Part shown: positions 59,606 through 64,000 of the stretch, in pieces
Position numbering within the stretch: position 1 is the stretch's first letter
Layout: each line of letters begins with the position of its first letter
NCBI GenBank assembly: GCA_002104905.1
Contig: MCFE01000022.1
Span: forward strand, 62,001 to 126,000
From: Basidiobolus meristosporus CBS 931.73
Taxonomy: Eukaryota; Fungi; Basidiobolomycota
Reading direction: 5' to 3'
Length of the DNA: 64,000 nt
Program-made: the position numbers and the translations under genes
Notes under the pieces: model-generated
What the model was told of the DNA's origin: nothing
Databases searched by the model: none
What the model saw: the letters and a program-made list of their open reading frames with translations, nothing else

Positions 59606-62600
59606 TGATAGAAAACTTGACGCAGCGGGAGAAGGAACTATCTAAATAGGCCTTAGATGCAGTGATGGAAGCCATACACCAACTATTCAACAATTACTCT
59701 ATGTACCAGAAATAGCCAAGATCCTACTATCTGTAAGCAAGGCCACAGCAGAAGGACTCAGTTTCAGCTTTGACAATTCTGGATGCAGGATCACTGATCC
59801 GAATGGTGTCCATACTGCTTTATATATCAGAGATCTGAGCCTATACAACTTGATATATATTCCATTACATATGTAAGCCAATAAAAGTAACTTAAAGGAA
59901 GGAACACCATTGCTTTGGCACAGAAGATTTGGACACATCAATTTTAATTATTTGCGCAAAATGATCAAAGATCCACTGATATACATAGCAAAAGCTGATC
60001 CCCCAGCTAGTTTGGGGCCCTGTCAGGCCTGCATATATGGGGGCCAAACCAGACAACTGTTCAAGAGCTCTGGGTTAACTAAAAATAAGAAAAGATTAGA
60101 TCTTACTCACTCAGATCTGTGTGGACCTCTAAAAAATTTATCCTTAGGTGGGATGAAGTGTTTGATCACTTTCATTGATAATTATATAAGATACACAAGG
60201 GTCTACTTCTTGGACAGAGAGGAAGAGGTTCTGTCTAAGCTCAGGGAGCTTAAAGCCATGGTTGAGAGAGAAGCTGATGAGAAAATAAAGAAGATATGTT
60301 CTGGCAATGGTGGATAATATACCTCAAAACCTTTCATCCACTTCTGCAAAATTGATGGGATGAGTCAAGAAGCTACTGTACCATATTCTCTACAGCAAAA
60401 TGGAGTAGCAGAATGTGCAAACAGATTAATAATTGATTTGGCAAGATCTTTAATTCATGATCAATAATTATCCTATAATTTCTGGGTTCAATCAGTTGCC
60501 ACAGCTGTATGCCTTCAAAATAGGACTTATAACAGAATACTTTGTGATTCTACTCCATTTGAGGCATGGTATGGGTACAGACCAAGTGCAGAACATCCAA
60601 GAATATTTGGGTGTACAGCAATTTCCAAGAAACTGCCCAGAAATCAGTCAAAATATGAGCCAAAAAGTGAAAAATGCATGTTTCTGGGCCACTGCAATGA
60701 GAGTAAAGCATGCAGACTATAAAATACCAAAGCAAAGAAGCTGAGTAAGTCCAAGGATGTGTTTTTTAATGAAAATATAAAATTTGTACAAAAAACAACA
60801 TCAGATGATGATGAAAATTGGATCTCAAGTCTGCCAATAGTGAGTATGGAATGTTGTGCATCAACATTGAAAACTTAGCCAATTTTACTCCATTTGAAAA
60901 TCTAGTACCCTAACTGATTTTCCCTAACCCAAACATAACAAATCCCAGTTACAGTTTATTTTATCCCACCTCAGAATCTATTTTTAGCTATCACACCTGA
61001 TCTATTTTCAAATGGTCATTACATTATCAACCTATCTGCCAAGCCTTCCCAGGTGATTAGTCATCTGAGATCCTTCCAACCACTGTGCAGTTGCCAAGAC
61101 ATCAGTTGATTGATGATGTAATTTTCATTTGTCTTATGCACCTATGAACACCTAAATTGATTTCAATCAATCCAGTCCCTTGGTGCTTACTAATTCAACT
61201 TGATCAGAAAAGTATAAATAAAGTTTACTGAACCTTTTGGTTTAGTGTGTGTCTCAATGAAATTAAGATTCTGTCTCAGCAAAAGTAAGAATGCAACAAT
61301 TCAGTTCTAGTTTCTATCCAAGCCTAGTATATCTAGCACTCCAAAGAACACCAAGCCTAGCCTGCCTAGCAAACAAATATCATTGTCTTTATAGCCAACC
61401 CAGCTATATCCAAGACCAATATTAGATCAGAATCTTTCTGCTAATATTTCCGCCACTCTCTGACAATTCTAAGATTCTGCACTTAATTGTCCCTTTGGTT
61501 CAGTTAAACCATTCAAGAGTTTTATTACACTTTCTCTTGGATACAACATGGAATTAAAGAAAATCAATGCAGAATTTTTCACTCCAGAGGACTCTACAAC
61601 TGTGGTTTAGACTGAATCAGTGCCTAGGAATGTCCCACAAGTGATCATTCCACTATCAAATGTCAGGAGATCCAACAACACAAGAAATATAACAGATAAC
61701 TATATTAATGAGGGTACAAACTTAGCCTGTGCCTATTCAGTCTATATTGATGAGCCCCAGACTGTAAAAGAGGCCCTAAATAGCAATCAGACAAGGTTTT
61801 GGAGATCTGCAATGACTGAGGAATATCAGGCCCTGATGGAAAATCAAACTTGGGACTTAGTCAAGTCACCAACAAACTAAAAGTTAATTGGATGCAGATG
61901 GGTCTTTAAGTCAAAATACAAGGCTGATGGTAAAATTAAAAGACACAAAGCAAGACTTGTGACCAAAGGACACTCTTAAATAAGAGAACTGGACTACACT
62001 CAGACTTTTTACCCGGTAGCCAAGTTTAACTCATCAGACTAATATTGGCTATTGCAGCCAAATATAAGTCTTTTATACATCAAATGGATGTAAAAGCTGC
62101 ATTTATGAATGGAGAACTTGATGAGAACATGTATATGGACTAGCCTGATGGGTTTGTAGATCAACATATCACCTATTTGGTCTGCAAACTTAAAAAATCC
62201 TTATATGGTCTTGAACAATCACCAAGAGCCTGGAATTGTAAGATAGATTCTTATTTTGAATCTTTGAGCTTCAAAAAGAGTAAGGCTGACTATGATATAT
62301 ACTATAAGCCAGATGGAGTAAATCCAGCTCTATTAGCTCTATATATGAATGATCTTATTATAGCCACCAATAGCCTAAAATATTTGAAGAAACTAAATCC
62401 TGCCTATCTGAAGAGTTCAAGATGTCTGATCTAGGAGAACTCAGTAACTGCTTAGGGATGAAGTTCCCCATAGACAGAGGTACCTAGGCTATCACCCTGA
62501 GCCAATCCAAGTATATTCAAGATATACTAAAGAAGTACCAAATGGAAGACTGTAAACTGGCAGCTACCCCAATGGACACAAACCTTAACTTGGTCAAAAC

Positions 62601-63177
62601 TCAACCAAATCAAGAGGCCTTGGTGCCATCTGAAAGCCCTGACTTTCCTTATGAATCTGTAGTTGGGAGTCTAATGTATATCATGCTTGGAACACATCCA
62701 GATATCTAATATTCAGTGGGAGTTGTCAGCCAGCATAATCAGAACTATGGATCTGATAACATTGCAACAGCTAAGAGGATACTTAAATATCTAAAAGGAA
62801 CTGCTGATGTCTGTTCAAGGTACCCCTATCAGGATTTAGAACAGAATCTTACTGGATACTCTGTTGCTGATTGGGGACAAAACTTAGAAGACAGAAGATC
62901 CACCACAGGATATCTTTCTTCACTGTCCTGGAGCAATTACATGGAATTCAAAAAAGCAACCAACCACTGAACTTTCCACCACAGAGGCAGCATATATGGT
63001 AGCCTGAGAAGTTATCAAAGAAGCAATGTGGTACAAAAGCATTTTACAGATTTAGGCCTATGTTAAAAAATGCCTATTACTTTATTTTAAGATAATTAAG
63101 GATGTACACAATTAGGTAGAAATCTGATTTTTGATGCTACTACTAAGCACATATATATTAGACATCATTTCATATTC
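59606..63177 (+). mobile_element. Ty1/copia pol (protease end, integrase, RT, RNase H), degenerate, no LTRs seen
   Basis: LWHRRFGHIN, HSDLCGP, SLQQNGVAE, EPQTVKEAL, HQMDVKAAF, LKKSLYGLEQSPRAW, LYMNDL, ADWG...DRRSTTGY, TKHIYIRHHF in copia domain order. Confidence 0.93.
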
Positions 63178-63403
63178 AAAATATTGGGTACCCAGAACAT
63201 GAAAATCCTCAATGTTGTCCAAACAGCCCCAAACTTTGTACACATTTGCTTGGGACCTTGCTAAGTCTATTCTGCATGTTTACTATGCCACAACCATGTA
63301 AAAGTATGAATAGTGCCTTCACATTCAATAAATCATTAAGTGAAAACCACGTAATCTACTTGTTCTCCCAATCACTTCCAATATCTCCAAGACTCCTACA
63401 ACA
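63178..63403. repeat. Partial LTR of family E
   Basis: Similar to 44770-44989 and ends CTCCTACAACA. Confidence 0.75.
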
Positions 63404-64000
63404 AAATATATTATCTATTTTACTTTTGCATTGTCTTAAGGAGACAGATATTTATAATTTATCTGGGCAAGTCACCAAGCTACATATACCAGATTTTTGG
63501 CTTGTTGGATACCTTTGCAATTTGTATGCTCTGGGTACATTATATTCTGATGAGATATTAGAAGTCAATCCCAACAAAAAATCAAGGTAACATACTCTAA
63601 GATTTATGGGCTATAAGCAGAGAAACTGTGGCAGGTGAGCTTTTATGTGATATTGAAAAACTTACAATAATCTTATCAAGTTGCCATCAGCTTTCCATTG
63701 TCAATGGAAATACAGATCATTCAACCTGCTCAACAATACAACAAGAGTGCTGACACAAGTGGGAGCAGTTACAATATATAACTTTGATTTATTTGCTACT
63801 AGAGCAGAGCTTGTTTACTTGTAATTACATTGGCTTGAGAGAATAGTGGTAAGAAAACTTGCACCAATGCCCTGGAAAGCATACTGAACATAACTCAAGA
63901 ACCTGTGAGTAAGTTTGAAGAATTTTGACAACTTATTATCTTGCTGCATTTCAAATTACCAATAATTATTCTAGAAACATAGTCATGTGTTAAAGGATAT

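Overview
Eukaryotic DNA, most likely from an early-diverging fungus (inferred from short 45-70 nt introns, fungal-type genes and retained INTS10, FIRRM and a U12 intron). It has two sharply different halves. (1) About 1-15 kb is a compact, intron-rich gene block with normal CpG content: kinetochore scaffold SPC105/KNL1 (-, runs off the window), mitochondrial dicarboxylate carrier DIC1 (+), an Integrator subunit 10-like gene (+), a FIRRM/C1orf112-like gene (+) carrying a clear minor-spliceosome AT-AC intron, and the 9-1-1 clamp subunit Rad9 (-). (2) About 15.5-64 kb has no host genes and is a strongly CpG-depleted mass of nested, mostly dead transposons: Ty1/copia, two Ty3/gypsy families, four solo LTRs with intact TSDs, a two-ORF CACTA-like family with CCCTA termini, and a PHIS (Harbinger/ISL2EU/Pangu-like) family with a full-length two-ORF copy, 211-bp MITEs and a 734-bp foldback derivative. 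Much of the nesting order can be rebuilt from TSDs. All homology calls come from motif and sequence resemblance recognised by eye; no database search was run. Gene ends and exon boundaries are manual predictions.
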